DNA of 64,000 nt, from NCBI GenBank assembly GCA_963977015.1, contig CAXBMO010000002.1, positions 32,001 through 96,000 of the forward strand. The letters run 5' to 3'. The position numbers and the translations under genes are program-made. A model generated the notes under the pieces. That model worked only from the letters and a program-made list of their open reading frames with translations. It did not search any database and was not told the DNA's origin. This document shows positions 49,471 to 59,995 of this stretch, one piece after another. This DNA comes from an uncultured bacterium (GTDB lineage: Bacteria > Verrucomicrobiota > Verrucomicrobiia > Verrucomicrobiales > DEV007). Each line of letters starts with the position of its first letter. Position 1 is the first letter of the stretch.

Positions 49471-50949
49471 ATGAAAACCCCTCTGTTTGTTCTTGGAATT
49501 GCCGGTTGGTTAGTGATTTCTGCGGTCGGACAGATTGCGAAGGAGGCGGAACGCTTGGGCGTGGTCGATATCGGAACGCGCCGCGAGTTGTTCGTGGATG
49601 ACCTGCTGATTGGTGAGTTGAATGGAACCCGGCTCAAGCTTCATGAGCCGCACCGATTGCGGAGAACGTTGCCTCGACCGTTTGGTCACTATGCCACGGT
49701 GTTGAACGACCATGGAAAACTGCGGCTCTATTATCGTGGCGATAAGGTTCCCGGCGCTCATTGGCGGCAAGGTTGGGGGAAATATCATGAAGGTGAGGTT
49801 ACGCTGTATGCCGAAAGCACGGACGGCGGGATTACCTGGACCGAACCGAATCTCGGCATTCATGACGTCCCGGAAATGCCGAAAGGGAACGTGGTGATCG
49901 ATATGAGCGAGGACACGTTCCTGGTCACCCACAACTTCACGCCATTCATCGATACACGCCCGGGTGTTCCGGAGAATGAGCGCTACAAAGCATTGGGAGG
50001 CAGTCGCTACCCACCGGAAAACTGGGGCGCTTGGAGTTCGCCGGACGAACGGGCCAATCTACAGGAAAAATACGGACCAGGCGGATTGAAAGCGTTTGCC
50101 TCCGCCGACGGATTGCGCTGGCGGTTGCTCCAGAAAGAGCCGGTCATTGCGGAAGATCAGGGAAGTTTTGATTCGCAGAACGGCGCATTTTGGTCGGAAG
50201 CAGAGCAGCAATACGTCTGTTACTTTCGGTGGTTCGATCAAGGACGGCGAGCCATTCGTCGATCCACGAGTAAGGATTTCCTGAATTGGTCAGAGCCGGT
50301 GAATATGGAGGCGAACGAGCCCAAGGAGCAACTCTACACCAGCGGCACCCAGCCGTATTTCCGGGCGCCTCATCTATACATTGCCCTACCGACACGATTT
50401 CAAGCTTCCGCCGGGGCGATCACGGATATCGCATTCATGGCGGCGCGTCCAAGCAGCGATCGATACCACCGGCATTTCAAAGAAGCCTTCATTCGCCCGG
50501 GGTTAGGGCCGCGCGGGTGGGGAAACCGGGCCAATTATATCACGCTGAACGTGGTGCAAACGAGTCCTCAGGAGATGAGTCTGTTCATGTACGGCGGCGC
50601 TCATTATGTGATGCGGTTGGACGGATTTATTTCCGTGCATGCCGGTTATGATGAAGGGGAGTTCCTAACCAACCCATTTGTTTTTTCCGGCGACAAGCTG
50701 GAAATCAACTACTCGACAGCGGGCGCTGGCAAGATCCGAATTGAAATCCAGGATGCTCAGAGCAGTCAACCCATCGCCGGCTTCAGCCTGGATGACTGCG
50801 ATGCTATCCGCGGTGACTCCATTTCGGAGACGGTTTCGTGGAAGGAAAATCAGAGCGTCAGCCCATTGGCTGGCAAACCGGTTCGACTGCGCTTTGTGAT
50901 GAACGAGGCCGACGTGTTTTCGCTGCGCTTTCCGCAAGGAGAGGATTGA
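49471..50949 (+). CDS. Secreted beta-propeller glycoside-hydrolase-like protein (GH32/43/130-like clan, PVC-type)
   Basis: Signal peptide; RRELFVDD.LI, YAES.DG..W..P.LG, S.DG..W (Asp-box-like), FDSQN..FW, RLDGF.S and GKPVRLRF. Confidence 0.65.
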   Translation: MKTPLFVLGIAGWLVISAVGQIAKEAERLGVVDIGTRRELFVDDLLIGELNGTRLKLHEPHRLRRTLPRPFGHYATVLNDHGKLRLYYRGDKVPGAHWRQGWGKYHEGEVTLYAESTDGGITWTEPNLGIHDVPEMPKGNVVIDMSEDTFLVTHNFTPFIDTRPGVPENERYKALGGSRYPPENWGAWSSPDERANLQEKYGPGGLKAFASADGLRWRLLQKEPVIAEDQGSFDSQNGAFWSEAEQQYVCYFRWFDQGRRAIRRSTSKDFLNWSEPVNMEANEPKEQLYTSGTQPYFRAPHLYIALPTRFQASAGAITDIAFMAARPSSDRYHRHFKEAFIRPGLGPRGWGNRANYITLNVVQTSPQEMSLFMYGGAHYVMRLDGFISVHAGYDEGEFLTNPFVFSGDKLEINYSTAGAGKIRIEIQDAQSSQPIAGFSLDDCDAIRGDSISETVSWKENQSVSPLAGKPVRLRFVMNEADVFSLRFPQGED

Positions 50950-50987
50950 GGTCAGCCCGGCGGAGATCACCGCGGAAGTCCCCCCCG

Positions 50988-51653
50988 TCATTCCGACGGG
51001 TCGATTTCATACTTCATGAAATGGACGGCAACGGCGCGGAGTCCATCATTGCTAAGATCGTCATATAAAAACACCACGTAGTGCCCGCCCTGCCGCATCT
51101 CCACATTCTCAATGGCTTCGCCCTTGTAAGTGATCGTCACCGTTTGTTTCAGCTTGGCGTCGAACTTTTTCGCACGTTGGCGATTGAGCATCACGGTTTC
51201 GCGGCCAACCGTGACCGGCACCTCAGGCTTCGCCGAGAGCGAAACGACGGAGAGCTGCGGTTCCTGGCGCGCCTCGGACTCTGACAGCTTCGAAAACTTC
51301 AGTTCGGGAACCAGCATTCCGTCGACCTCCTTGAACTGATGATAAACCACAACGCCCACCGTCGCCGCGCCAGGAATCGTAATCTTCTCTTTCAAAACCG
51401 GCGGGTCGCATGCCTCATTCGTGACTTCGATGGTGGTATCGCCGGCCCAGAGGGTGATAACGCCGGAAGATCCCCCGGGTGGAACCGGGTTGCCCTTAAG
51501 GAGTTTCACAGGCCCGATGGTGATTCGGGTTGGCGACTCCAGCCCTACCGCACTGACCACCCTCGCAAAACCATATTGGTCGGGAGTGGGTTTCTCTGCC
51601 AGGCTGGAGGTTGCCATCGCAACCAAGGGAAGGATCAATCGGAGGAGTTTCAC
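50988..51653 (-). CDS. Secreted hypothetical protein, last gene of the pilin-like cassette
   Basis: Signal peptide, beta-rich, GTGA overlap with the upstream gene. Confidence 0.7.
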   Translation of the reverse strand: MKLLRLILPLVAMATSSLAEKPTPDQYGFARVVSAVGLESPTRITIGPVKLLKGNPVPPGGSSGVITLWAGDTTIEVTNEACDPPVLKEKITIPGAATVGVVVYHQFKEVDGMLVPELKFSKLSESEARQEPQLSVVSLSAKPEVPVTVGRETVMLNRQRAKKFDAKLKQTVTITYKGEAIENVEMRQGGHYVVFLYDDLSNDGLRAVAVHFMKYEIDPSE

Positions 51654-54600
51654 AAGGAACGAACGTTAAGGATACGTAAAATGATGGAACGAAGATCCCC
51701 AGTCTCAGGATCGCGGTCAGGCTCGAGAAAGACTTCGTAAACTTTGGAATCCTGAGCGAGCAACTTGCCGCCTTCGGACACGACAAATCCGTCACCGGCG
51801 GTGCGAGTTTTACTCACGACCCGGCCGTGAGTGTAGATGCGGAAATGCCGTGAGCCCAAGGTGGTGGTATTCAGGATTCGAGCGGCGACTTCTTCACTGA
51901 GGGCATCATCACGGTGCTCCGGCAACGCGCTGGCTTTCTGCTCCGAATCCGTGAATCGCGATTCGGCGACGGCCTCCGCAATTTCGTAAACGAGATCGGA
52001 GCGGGAAAAGTAAGGCCGCCGGTCGTAGAGGCGCGTTGCAATCTCCCGAATCGTCTTTTGCTCGACCTCCGCGCTGTTGGGATCTCGTCGATCAAACTTG
52101 GCGGTTGCGGCCGCGTCTTGATTCAATCCGTGAACGGTCGTTTCAAAATCAACCTTCTCGCCACGCATCACCGCCGACGCATCGATCGACCGGACATCAT
52201 CCTCGGCATTCTCCCGGTCTACCCAATCGGGGTTGTCCTTCATCAAGGCTCCAGACAAAACGCCCTGAAGGAAGGCCTCCAACTCAAACAACGTCGGAAC
52301 GGAATTGATGTTGAGTTGACCGTGAACCCACTCAAAGGGACTGGATGCATGCAGATCTTTGGGATAGATGCTGAGGTAGGGCTCGGATTTGTCCCTGGCC
52401 GACCAGGCATCGGGAGCTGTCGGCGGCGGTTGATGCCACACGGCATCGAACCTGGCATAGGTCTCGGGCGAGTCGTCGGCCTGGAAGTCGGTTAGGTCCT
52501 TGCCGGTTCCGAGTTTGCAGTTCGTTCCCGGCACTCCAAGATGGAAAATATCGAGCAGCTGGGCGGCGCGCTGTCCCATGGTATCAAACCGGGGATGCTC
52601 CCGGCGTCCGATTCGCAGCGTGTTGCCTCCGCCCCAGACGTCACTGGCCTGCGCCGAGGAAGTGAGATCGTGGATCAGACTAACATTCTCGTTGGATGTC
52701 AGCGGATAATAGTCGTAGGGACGAGCATTGCCGTAAGGCTTCCACATCACGGGATCGTAGATGTGACCGAGTTCACTCAACGCAAAGAGGCGCCCCTGAT
52801 TCGACACTCGGAACGGGGCGGGAATGTTCGCCTCGTTCGCTTCGTCAGCCAGTGACTTGAGGTTGGGCATGGTTCTCCCGTTTGAAGTGTAATCATCCTG
52901 GTTATCCGGCATGACGAATTTGGCGGAGTCACTTGAACTGGTTCGAAGCAGGGCGTTGAGAGCACTATTGCTCGTGCTCGAGGGCACATTGTAGGTTGGA
53001 GAATCATAGCCGCCATCCGGCCACTCACTGGGACGAGCCTCCATGTCAAAGCGGGCGCCACGCCCATTCGAACTTCGCTTGTAGAGCTTCCGCAGAAAAT
53101 TGCGCACCCCGGGCGATGCCCAGTTCACATAATAGATCGCCTCCTGGGTATCGCTTACCCAATAATTCATGCGGACATCACCATAGTTGCTGGCCTTGTC
53201 ACCCACGTTGAGGGCTGGCGCAGTCGCAAACATCATGGCGTCTCCCTTGCGAACCTGACCATCACTTCGGCTCCCCTTGTAATCTTTGGCAAAGAGGACG
53301 CCGTCCGTGAATCGAGACACATGCAGCCCATGATCCGGAAAGCCGGTATCGGTTTTTTTGTCCGGCGCCCTACCCGACCTATCAATGACTTTGTCATCGA
53401 GCAGAAGTTCGAAGTGACCGCGTCCATCTTTTCCGTCTGGACCATCGGCACCGGTAAAGACCCAGGGCAAGCCCGGTGTCTTGTCGACATTGAACGACCA
53501 CTCAACCTCTCCAAAATCGACAATGCGAAGTTCATTGCGTTCCAGCGTGCCGGTAAAGGACTGCGGAAACGTCTTCACTTCATCCAGCGTGTGCTCCGTC
53601 CCATCCGCTTCCTGAAAACTCAGCGGCTCGACGAAACTGAATCGAAGCTGCAGATCCGAAACTTGGGAAGGCCGGTTCGTAGGATTCCAAAGCTCCACCC
53701 AGGCTTGGGCGGTAAACGTGAGTGGCCCTCCCCCACTGCTGTCGTCCGGCTTCTCGCTGAGCTCCAAATGGACGAAAAATTCGTTCACCAAGGGATGGTT
53801 GTCGATTCCCCGAAACCGCTCCGCTTCGTCAAATTGCCCGGGATCCGCCAACGTGGGATCCACTCCCTCATCCGCGTAGTCAATCATGCTTGCGATCAAC
53901 GTCCGGTAATAGTGCTCGGGGAAACCGCCATTGCGATCCACAAAATTCGGCAGGCTCTCTTCGAAGTGATCCGCCAACTCGATCACCGCATCGTTGACAC
54001 CATCCGGATCGTCGTCAGCCGCAGCCAACTGCGCTTCATAGATCAGCCCATTCAGGTTCATGGCAGGCTCCCCTTCATTGGGATAGCCATGACCATAGGG
54101 AATCACCGGTTGATGGCGGTAGCCCCGCAGTCCCAAGACAAAACGCTCCTCCAGATCAATGCCAAACCGGTTCCGTTCCTCCGATCCCTGCGGAACCTGC
54201 GCCAACATCACACTGGCTCCGATCGAAGGCAGCACCGACTGGTTGGCCCGAAGATAAGTCGTTCGCCAGTAGGGATGTTCCTCCGCGTCAAACTGGTCCG
54301 TTTGCCAGGGGAAGAAGTGCAATTCCCGCGGGCTCAATCCCGGCGCGACTTGGTTCGCCACAACCTGTGCCGCCCGCCGTCTCCCATCCGCGAAAGTTGC
54401 CTCCGGAATCACTCCGGGAAACTCAAGCACATAGGAATCGAGGGAAGAGTCCTCCAGCGAATAAACAAAGTCCTGCGCCAGGGCCGGATCACCAAGCCTT
54501 GCGTCCCCTTCCTCATAACCACCCCAGCGCAGCGCCTGGCCATTTGCTTTCGACTGGGAAGGAATCCCGATGTTGTCGAGATTGGGATAGCCTTGCAGAT

Positions 54601-55201
54601 CCTCGATCCAGTAGGCGAATTGAAGCGTGTGATTGGATTCCGGAGCGTCGATTTCAAGGAATTGAACCGGTGGCCGCGCATTCTCGCGAACCAACTCACC
54701 GGTATCCGGATCAAGATGAGTGAGTGGAGACAACACGAAAGGACGCGGCGCATCCGGACCAAACGCCGGAATGACCGGAGCGAGTTCGCTCTTGCCGTCA
54801 CTGTCGATCGGGTTGGCGTGAAGATCCGATGGATAGCCCTTCGTCTGGGTCGCGCTGGAGTCGTTCGTTGAAAACAGCGGCAGGTAACGAATCTCATCCG
54901 CACCTGGTTGAATGATGAACGAATAGCGGCTGGGCGGATCGCCGCTCCAATCACCATCAAGAATACTGGTTACCTGATAGCTGTCGTTGGCGGTTTGGCT
55001 CAGGAGGAGATTCTTCGCTGCGGCGAAGGCGGCATCAGTCGCCAGCTCTGCGCGAATGGATTGCGCTCGATAGCCCGAATTGCGATTCTGCTGGCTGGAA
55101 ATGGAAAGCAGCGAAACGGCAAGCGCTGCGATCCCGGCCACAAAGACCAAAGTCAGGACAATGGCCGCACCTCGATGCGATGGGGAAAGTTGCTGATTCA
55201 T
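51650..55201 (-). CDS. Large PilX/Verru_Chthon cassette protein A-like protein
   Basis: RG|AAIVLTLVFVAGIAALAVSLL PilX-type leader; FAYWIED, ELWNP, SELGHIYDP, GG.TLRIGR.E, G.LNIN, and SR.FRIY..G.V at the end. Confidence 0.78.
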   Translation of the reverse strand: MNQQLSPSHRGAAIVLTLVFVAGIAALAVSLLSISSQQNRNSGYRAQSIRAELATDAAFAAAKNLLLSQTANDSYQVTSILDGDWSGDPPSRYSFIIQPGADEIRYLPLFSTNDSSATQTKGYPSDLHANPIDSDGKSELAPVIPAFGPDAPRPFVLSPLTHLDPDTGELVRENARPPVQFLEIDAPESNHTLQFAYWIEDLQGYPNLDNIGIPSQSKANGQALRWGGYEEGDARLGDPALAQDFVYSLEDSSLDSYVLEFPGVIPEATFADGRRRAAQVVANQVAPGLSPRELHFFPWQTDQFDAEEHPYWRTTYLRANQSVLPSIGASVMLAQVPQGSEERNRFGIDLEERFVLGLRGYRHQPVIPYGHGYPNEGEPAMNLNGLIYEAQLAAADDDPDGVNDAVIELADHFEESLPNFVDRNGGFPEHYYRTLIASMIDYADEGVDPTLADPGQFDEAERFRGIDNHPLVNEFFVHLELSEKPDDSSGGGPLTFTAQAWVELWNPTNRPSQVSDLQLRFSFVEPLSFQEADGTEHTLDEVKTFPQSFTGTLERNELRIVDFGEVEWSFNVDKTPGLPWVFTGADGPDGKDGRGHFELLLDDKVIDRSGRAPDKKTDTGFPDHGLHVSRFTDGVLFAKDYKGSRSDGQVRKGDAMMFATAPALNVGDKASNYGDVRMNYWVSDTQEAIYYVNWASPGVRNFLRKLYKRSSNGRGARFDMEARPSEWPDGGYDSPTYNVPSSTSNSALNALLRTSSSDSAKFVMPDNQDDYTSNGRTMPNLKSLADEANEANIPAPFRVSNQGRLFALSELGHIYDPVMWKPYGNARPYDYYPLTSNENVSLIHDLTSSAQASDVWGGGNTLRIGRREHPRFDTMGQRAAQLLDIFHLGVPGTNCKLGTGKDLTDFQADDSPETYARFDAVWHQPPPTAPDAWSARDKSEPYLSIYPKDLHASSPFEWVHGQLNINSVPTLFELEAFLQGVLSGALMKDNPDWVDRENAEDDVRSIDASAVMRGEKVDFETTVHGLNQDAAATAKFDRRDPNSAEVEQKTIREIATRLYDRRPYFSRSDLVYEIAEAVAESRFTDSEQKASALPEHRDDALSEEVAARILNTTTLGSRHFRIYTHGRVVSKTRTAGDGFVVSEGGKLLAQDSKVYEVFLEPDRDPETGDLRSIILRILNVRSL

Positions 55202-56472
55202 GAGGCATGAAGAATGGGAACGCGGAAGCGGACGGTTCGAAGGCTGCGCTCAATCAAACGCTTCGCGACGGGATTGCTGCCCGTCGGGAGATCGTCCTCT
55301 CCCCAACTCATGATCCAGTCACTTCGCTCTTCCAGAGGTGCCGCAGCCTCCGGGCCGATCACCGCGAGTGTGATCTCAACAAAGCTGGGAACGATTAACG
55401 CCGGCCATTCGTCGCCTCCCCCCAGACTCAGATAGGTATTGAGCCTCCTGGCGTTCATGAGTTCGACATGATCGACCTGTCCGTCGGCATCAAGAATCTC
55501 GACTCGCCGGAAGGCTTTTGCCTCAAAGCGAACCACGTTGGTCGCGACCGGTTCATCGCCGCGAAGAAAGTCGTGAACGGCATTCTCCGGATCGTGCCAC
55601 GCCTTCAAACCTCCGTCGGGAAGATTCGTGGAGGGCGGCTTTGCCACCAGGTCCTCGGGATCCGCAAATTTCGGCCAGGGCGCAACCGCGGATTCGGGCT
55701 CGATCGTGAGCGCGTTCTTCGTTCGAAATGCGAACAGAAAGGGCAGTTCTTCGTTCCGAAACTGCGCGAGAGGAAGCAGTTCCTCGCTCAAAACATTAGA
55801 TTGATAGCGCAAAATGGTGCTTGCCTGACTTTGTCCGTTCGAAGTCCCACACGGCCGACTGTGGCGATAGAGTTTCAGGCTTGAGCTCGAGCCGGGAAGT
55901 TCTGAATCCCGCGTGTAGGCGACGTAGTATCCCACCAGATAGGTGTCGGCAGCGGCAAAGAACGCCGTCTCTCCGTAAGCATTTTTCTCCAACGCCGGAT
56001 TTCCCAACGCTCCAAATCGTTCCGGCGAGAACGTTTCCGGCAGAATGGATCCGGCATCGCGGCGAAGCGCCACAAAGGAAAGCGAACTAAACTCCGGCGC
56101 GGCATTGACGATTGCTTTTGAAGCGCCATATCCCGATTCGCGATCCACTTCGAAGGGAACAATCAGGCGATCCCGGAAAAACCGGCCTTGTTCAAAAGTG
56201 CCCGCAAAATGACTGGTTCCGGAACTTCGCAATGGCCGGTTGGTGTAGGCGGCGGAGAGATCTTCGGTTAGCCATTGGCGTGCAATCTGAACCTCCATCT
56301 CCGCTTCCTGGCTCCCGATTTTTTGCACCCAACTCCCAGCCGTGGTCGCAAAGAGTTCCGCCAGAAAAACCACCAGGACCGACAGCACCGCCATCGAGAC
56401 CATCAGCTCCAGAAGCGAAAAACCGGCGGCTCGCCGGGTGACGCGATGGAAAGCGCTAGGTATCACTTCCAT
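55198..56472 (-). CDS. Prepilin-type protein (Verru_Chthon C / PulJ-PilW-like)
   Basis: AG|FSLLELMVSMAVL, VGYYV...KLYR, ATNVVRF and P..VEI.L motifs; ATGA overlap. Confidence 0.82.
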   Translation of the reverse strand: MEVIPSAFHRVTRRAAGFSLLELMVSMAVLSVLVVFLAELFATTAGSWVQKIGSQEAEMEVQIARQWLTEDLSAAYTNRPLRSSGTSHFAGTFEQGRFFRDRLIVPFEVDRESGYGASKAIVNAAPEFSSLSFVALRRDAGSILPETFSPERFGALGNPALEKNAYGETAFFAAADTYLVGYYVAYTRDSELPGSSSSLKLYRHSRPCGTSNGQSQASTILRYQSNVLSEELLPLAQFRNEELPFLFAFRTKNALTIEPESAVAPWPKFADPEDLVAKPPSTNLPDGGLKAWHDPENAVHDFLRGDEPVATNVVRFEAKAFRRVEILDADGQVDHVELMNARRLNTYLSLGGGDEWPALIVPSFVEITLAVIGPEAAAPLEERSDWIMSWGEDDLPTGSNPVAKRLIERSLRTVRFRVPILHAS

Positions 56473-57022
56473 CCTGACAGCTGAACTGGTTGGTCGCGTT
56501 GAGCAAGGTGGTGAACGTCTCTTCAGCCCCTGGTTTTTTCACCGAAACACAGGCACGAAGCAGACGCGGACTTTCCAGTTCACCGGACGGGGGCAGGACT
56601 TCCTCAAACACAATTTTCGCGACAAAGGCCACCGTTTCATGAATCTCGTTCGTCCGGTTTTGATAGTCCGCTTCCCCCACTTCGCAGACGGGTCCACCGC
56701 TGGCATCATACCCGATATAAACTTCAGTCCCATCAAGGGAGGTAGCGTTTCGGCTCCCGGCGTTCTCCCAAAAAAGCGGGTTCCCGTTCTCATCCTTTCC
56801 AACCGCAATCACGGGGCCGGTGGTAATGGTGCTTTGCCGTAGATCGGCCACAATGTCGCGAACGATCCCAGACGAAGCGAACCGCATTTCAGAATTCAGG
56901 CTGGTTTCGTAACTCATTCCGACCAGCGCCAGCAGTGGTAACGCCACGGTTGCGGTGATCCCGATTGCCAAAATGACTTCGACGAGGGTGAAACCGGCTG
57001 AGCGTGGGGAATTGGTCATCAT
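56456..57022 (-). CDS. Prepilin-type protein (Verru_Chthon B / PilV-like)
   Basis: AG|FTLVEVILAIGI....LPLLAL motif. Confidence 0.82.
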   Translation of the reverse strand: MMTNSPRSAGFTLVEVILAIGITATVALPLLALVGMSYETSLNSEMRFASSGIVRDIVADLRQSTITTGPVIAVGKDENGNPLFWENAGSRNATSLDGTEVYIGYDASGGPVCEVGEADYQNRTNEIHETVAFVAKIVFEEVLPPSGELESPRLLRACVSVKKPGAEETFTTLLNATNQFSCQDGSDT

Positions 57023-57027
57023 CTGGG

Positions 57028-57759
57028 TTAGTAGTTCAGAATATGCGCCCGCCCCGTTAGCGGATTGATGCCGACACAGCGCGTTCTCGGAAACTGGTCG
57101 CCTGTGGTCCCAGTTTGTTGACCCTGATCAACGGGATCTCCGTTCTCGTAGAATCGAGATACGATGCCGACGTTGAGGTATTGCTGGGCAAAAATGGGAG
57201 GAATCCCGACCCGCCCCTGACCATCGAACATGAGAAACGGCAGTTTCAGAGTGTCGTTCTCAAGACGAAACGGGAACTCGCGCAGCAACGCGTTCTCCTC
57301 CGATTCAAGATCCAAAAGCGTTTGAAACGCTCCCTGCAACGGCTGCTCGAAGTCTTTCCCGAAAGCCCAGGTTTGTCCGGCGGGAAGTCTAAACCACTCC
57401 GAAACCGGGACGATTTTGCGCTCGAAGATGTGCCGCTGCTGAACCGCGATTTCCGGACTCGACAAGTCGAGATTTGGATCCGGAATGAACATCGCCATTC
57501 GGCTGAACTTGTGTTCATCGTCCTCCGGTTCTCCGTTGGTGAAGGCGACATACACCTCGGTCCGCCGCGCAACCGCGAGGCTCCGCGCGGATTCCAGAAA
57601 GCCTTTCACCTCGACGATTGCGGCGCCTTGTTCCCGCTGAAACCCACGCAATCCAATCGTAACCATCCCCGTGAGCGCCGACACGGCTCCCAGCACGACC
57701 AGCATCTCGACCAAGCTGAAGGCGCAGGCATGGGGTTGTCTGAATTGAGGTAAGTTCAC
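57028..57759 (-). CDS. Prepilin-type protein (Verru_Chthon D / FimT-GspH-like)
   Basis: CA|FSLVEMLVVL; L..AR..A.....V.V.F; F...G; terminal INPLTGR. Confidence 0.85.
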   Translation of the reverse strand: MNLPQFRQPHACAFSLVEMLVVLGAVSALTGMVTIGLRGFQREQGAAIVEVKGFLESARSLAVARRTEVYVAFTNGEPEDDEHKFSRMAMFIPDPNLDLSSPEIAVQQRHIFERKIVPVSEWFRLPAGQTWAFGKDFEQPLQGAFQTLLDLESEENALLREFPFRLENDTLKLPFLMFDGQGRVGIPPIFAQQYLNVGIVSRFYENGDPVDQGQQTGTTGDQFPRTRCVGINPLTGRAHILNY

Positions 57760-58011
57760 CTCCGGGCGTAGACGTTGTTAGTTCAAGATTTCACCTCACT
57801 GTCAAACCGCCTTTCAACCACCGTGAGATGACAGAAAGTGGGCACGAAAAGGGTGTCGGTGTGAGGAAACGATGCATATGATGGTCCAGCTTCCCTGGCT
57901 GAAAACCAGAGAACCGTGACGGTATCGTTCCACGCTGGTAGCAGCATCCGTTCCAACTTCCGCTTTGATCGCTGATTTTTGTTTGTCCGTTTTCTCCCCT
58001 CACTCCCAACC

Positions 58012-59769
58012 ATGTCCATCCGTCTTTTCTGGTTCGCTGCAGGGTTCCTGGCAGCAGGTATTTTCGCCCTGGCACTCCACAAAAACGATAAGGAGCCGCC
58101 CTCACTCCTAACGCCTTCCATCCCCATCGTACAGGGAGGCGGGGAATTTTCCCCCTTTGAACAACGCTGGATCCAAACCCGGGGAATCCTGACCTTCATA
58201 GAGGCCAGCTCAAACGGCGTGAAGCGCTTCTTCCTTCAGGATCAGGACCAAGCCATCTATTGCTACCTTCCGAAGCGACTGGATCTCAACATCGAAGTCG
58301 GCCAGTGGGTTACCGTGGAAGGTTTTGTGAAGGAATACAGTCACGAGGATGGGTTTTTCACGAACACGGAAATTACCATTTTGCAGGAGGAACAAGTCAC
58401 GCCCGGTCCAACCGGCGAGCTTCCCGAACCGCACGTGCTTGATCTCTCTCAAATGGCCCAACTTTCCCCGAGCCAGGCGATGGAAGCCTATGAACCCTAT
58501 GAGTCGTTGCTCGTAAAAGTGCAGAACCCGCGGGTTCTCGACCTGTTCAACGACTGGGAGTCCCGGCGAACGTTGGTGGCTGTCATCCCCGATGACATTT
58601 CCACCGATGACCGCAATTCAATCGGCACCCTCACGGCGACGGCAACAGAGAACCCAAATCGCAATTGGAACTCCCGTTATCAATTCGACTTCAACGCGGA
58701 GCGACTTTTCATCGACCACGTCGGCTCATCCAAGATCACCGAGGTCGGAACGCTTTTGGACGACGTCGTGGGCGTTCTCGACCTTTCCCGCGGACAACCC
58801 ATCATTCTGCCGACGACCGACCTGCGAATCCGGGCTCAGGCACAGCACAAAACCGCCAAACTGGAATTGGGAGCTCAAAGTGACCGGATGATGATCGCCA
58901 CCTACAATCTCTGGAATCTCTCGGCGCGAGACACGAGCCGAATCAGCAAAATCGCCCAACAACTCGTTGGAGACCTCCATTCCCCCGATCTCGTCGCACT
59001 TGCCGAAGTCCAGGACGACTCCGGCATCGAAAATTCCATCGCCGATCGCACAACAACCTCCCGGGAATTGGGCGCCAAGCTGACGCAGGCCCTTGCAGAT
59101 GCCGGGGTCGAGTATCGCTACCTCGATCGCGCTCCCGATCGACACCGTGAAGGAGGCATTCCCGGAGGGAATATACGCGTCGGCTTCCTGTATCGGCCCG
59201 ACCGCATTCGGCCAATCGCCGAGCCATTTCGCATTCCATCCGAATCGCGACCAGTCCTAGAACACCTTGCCTTTGAAGGAACCCGAAAGGCGCTGGGCTG
59301 CGAATTCGAGTTTCTGGCCACCAATCGCCCCTTTTTCGCAGTGGCGACGCATCTCAAATCCAAACGCGGTGACGACTCGGTCTGGAAAAAGAGTCCACGT
59401 TTCGAATCCGAGACCCAACGGATCCAGCAATGCCTCACCCTCGTCAATGCGGTCGAAGCCATGAGGTCCCAATCCCCAAATCATCCCGTCATCATGATGG
59501 GCGATTTTAACGACTACGCGAAGTCCAAGTCGCTCCGGGTTCTCACCGAAAGCGGACTTCTTGATAACGTCCTCGATTCACTGCCCCCGAAAGAGCAGTT
59601 CACGTATCGCTACCGGGGCAACGTCAGCACCCTTGACCACATCCTGGTGAGTCCCGATCTCGCAAAATCCGCCAAATGCCAAATCCTTCACCTCAATACC
59701 GTCGCTCTCGACCGAAACCAAATCGCCAGTGACCACGATCCGATTGTCGCGAGCGTTTCGATGAATTGA
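58012..59769 (+). CDS. Membrane-anchored/extracellular endonuclease-exonuclease-phosphatase (ExeM/YhcR-like) with OB-fold N-terminus
   Basis: FFLQD, ATYNLWN, L.EVQD, THLKSK, MGDFND, LDHILVS and SDHDP motifs. Confidence 0.88.
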   Translation: MSIRLFWFAAGFLAAGIFALALHKNDKEPPSLLTPSIPIVQGGGEFSPFEQRWIQTRGILTFIEASSNGVKRFFLQDQDQAIYCYLPKRLDLNIEVGQWVTVEGFVKEYSHEDGFFTNTEITILQEEQVTPGPTGELPEPHVLDLSQMAQLSPSQAMEAYEPYESLLVKVQNPRVLDLFNDWESRRTLVAVIPDDISTDDRNSIGTLTATATENPNRNWNSRYQFDFNAERLFIDHVGSSKITEVGTLLDDVVGVLDLSRGQPIILPTTDLRIRAQAQHKTAKLELGAQSDRMMIATYNLWNLSARDTSRISKIAQQLVGDLHSPDLVALAEVQDDSGIENSIADRTTTSRELGAKLTQALADAGVEYRYLDRAPDRHREGGIPGGNIRVGFLYRPDRIRPIAEPFRIPSESRPVLEHLAFEGTRKALGCEFEFLATNRPFFAVATHLKSKRGDDSVWKKSPRFESETQRIQQCLTLVNAVEAMRSQSPNHPVIMMGDFNDYAKSKSLRVLTESGLLDNVLDSLPPKEQFTYRYRGNVSTLDHILVSPDLAKSAKCQILHLNTVALDRNQIASDHDPIVASVSMN

Positions 59770-59995
59770 ATCCGATCTCGACTGAATCGATGGATTTTCT
59801 CGTGAAAATGGCTCAATTCCGGGATCGAGTTCTCCCAATCGGTCCATCGCCAACGCCCGACTCTGCCAAGAAGGTTGATTCGTTGGGCTGAATGACGTAA
59901 GCTCCGCTTCACGACCAGAGTCAGGTCGGCTCGAATTTTATGCTTGTTGTCCGATTCCCATTTCCGTCAGACCATTAAGGAATCGCTTCTCCATT

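Noticed and set aside
53321..54871. 516-aa + strand ORF
   Set aside because: Antisense to cassette protein A; Arg-rich, shadow-like composition.
59770..59995. Possible structured RNA (GACTCTG...CAGAGTC) upstream of phoH
   Set aside because: Only a 7-bp stem, with no recognisable riboswitch, 6S or SRP features.
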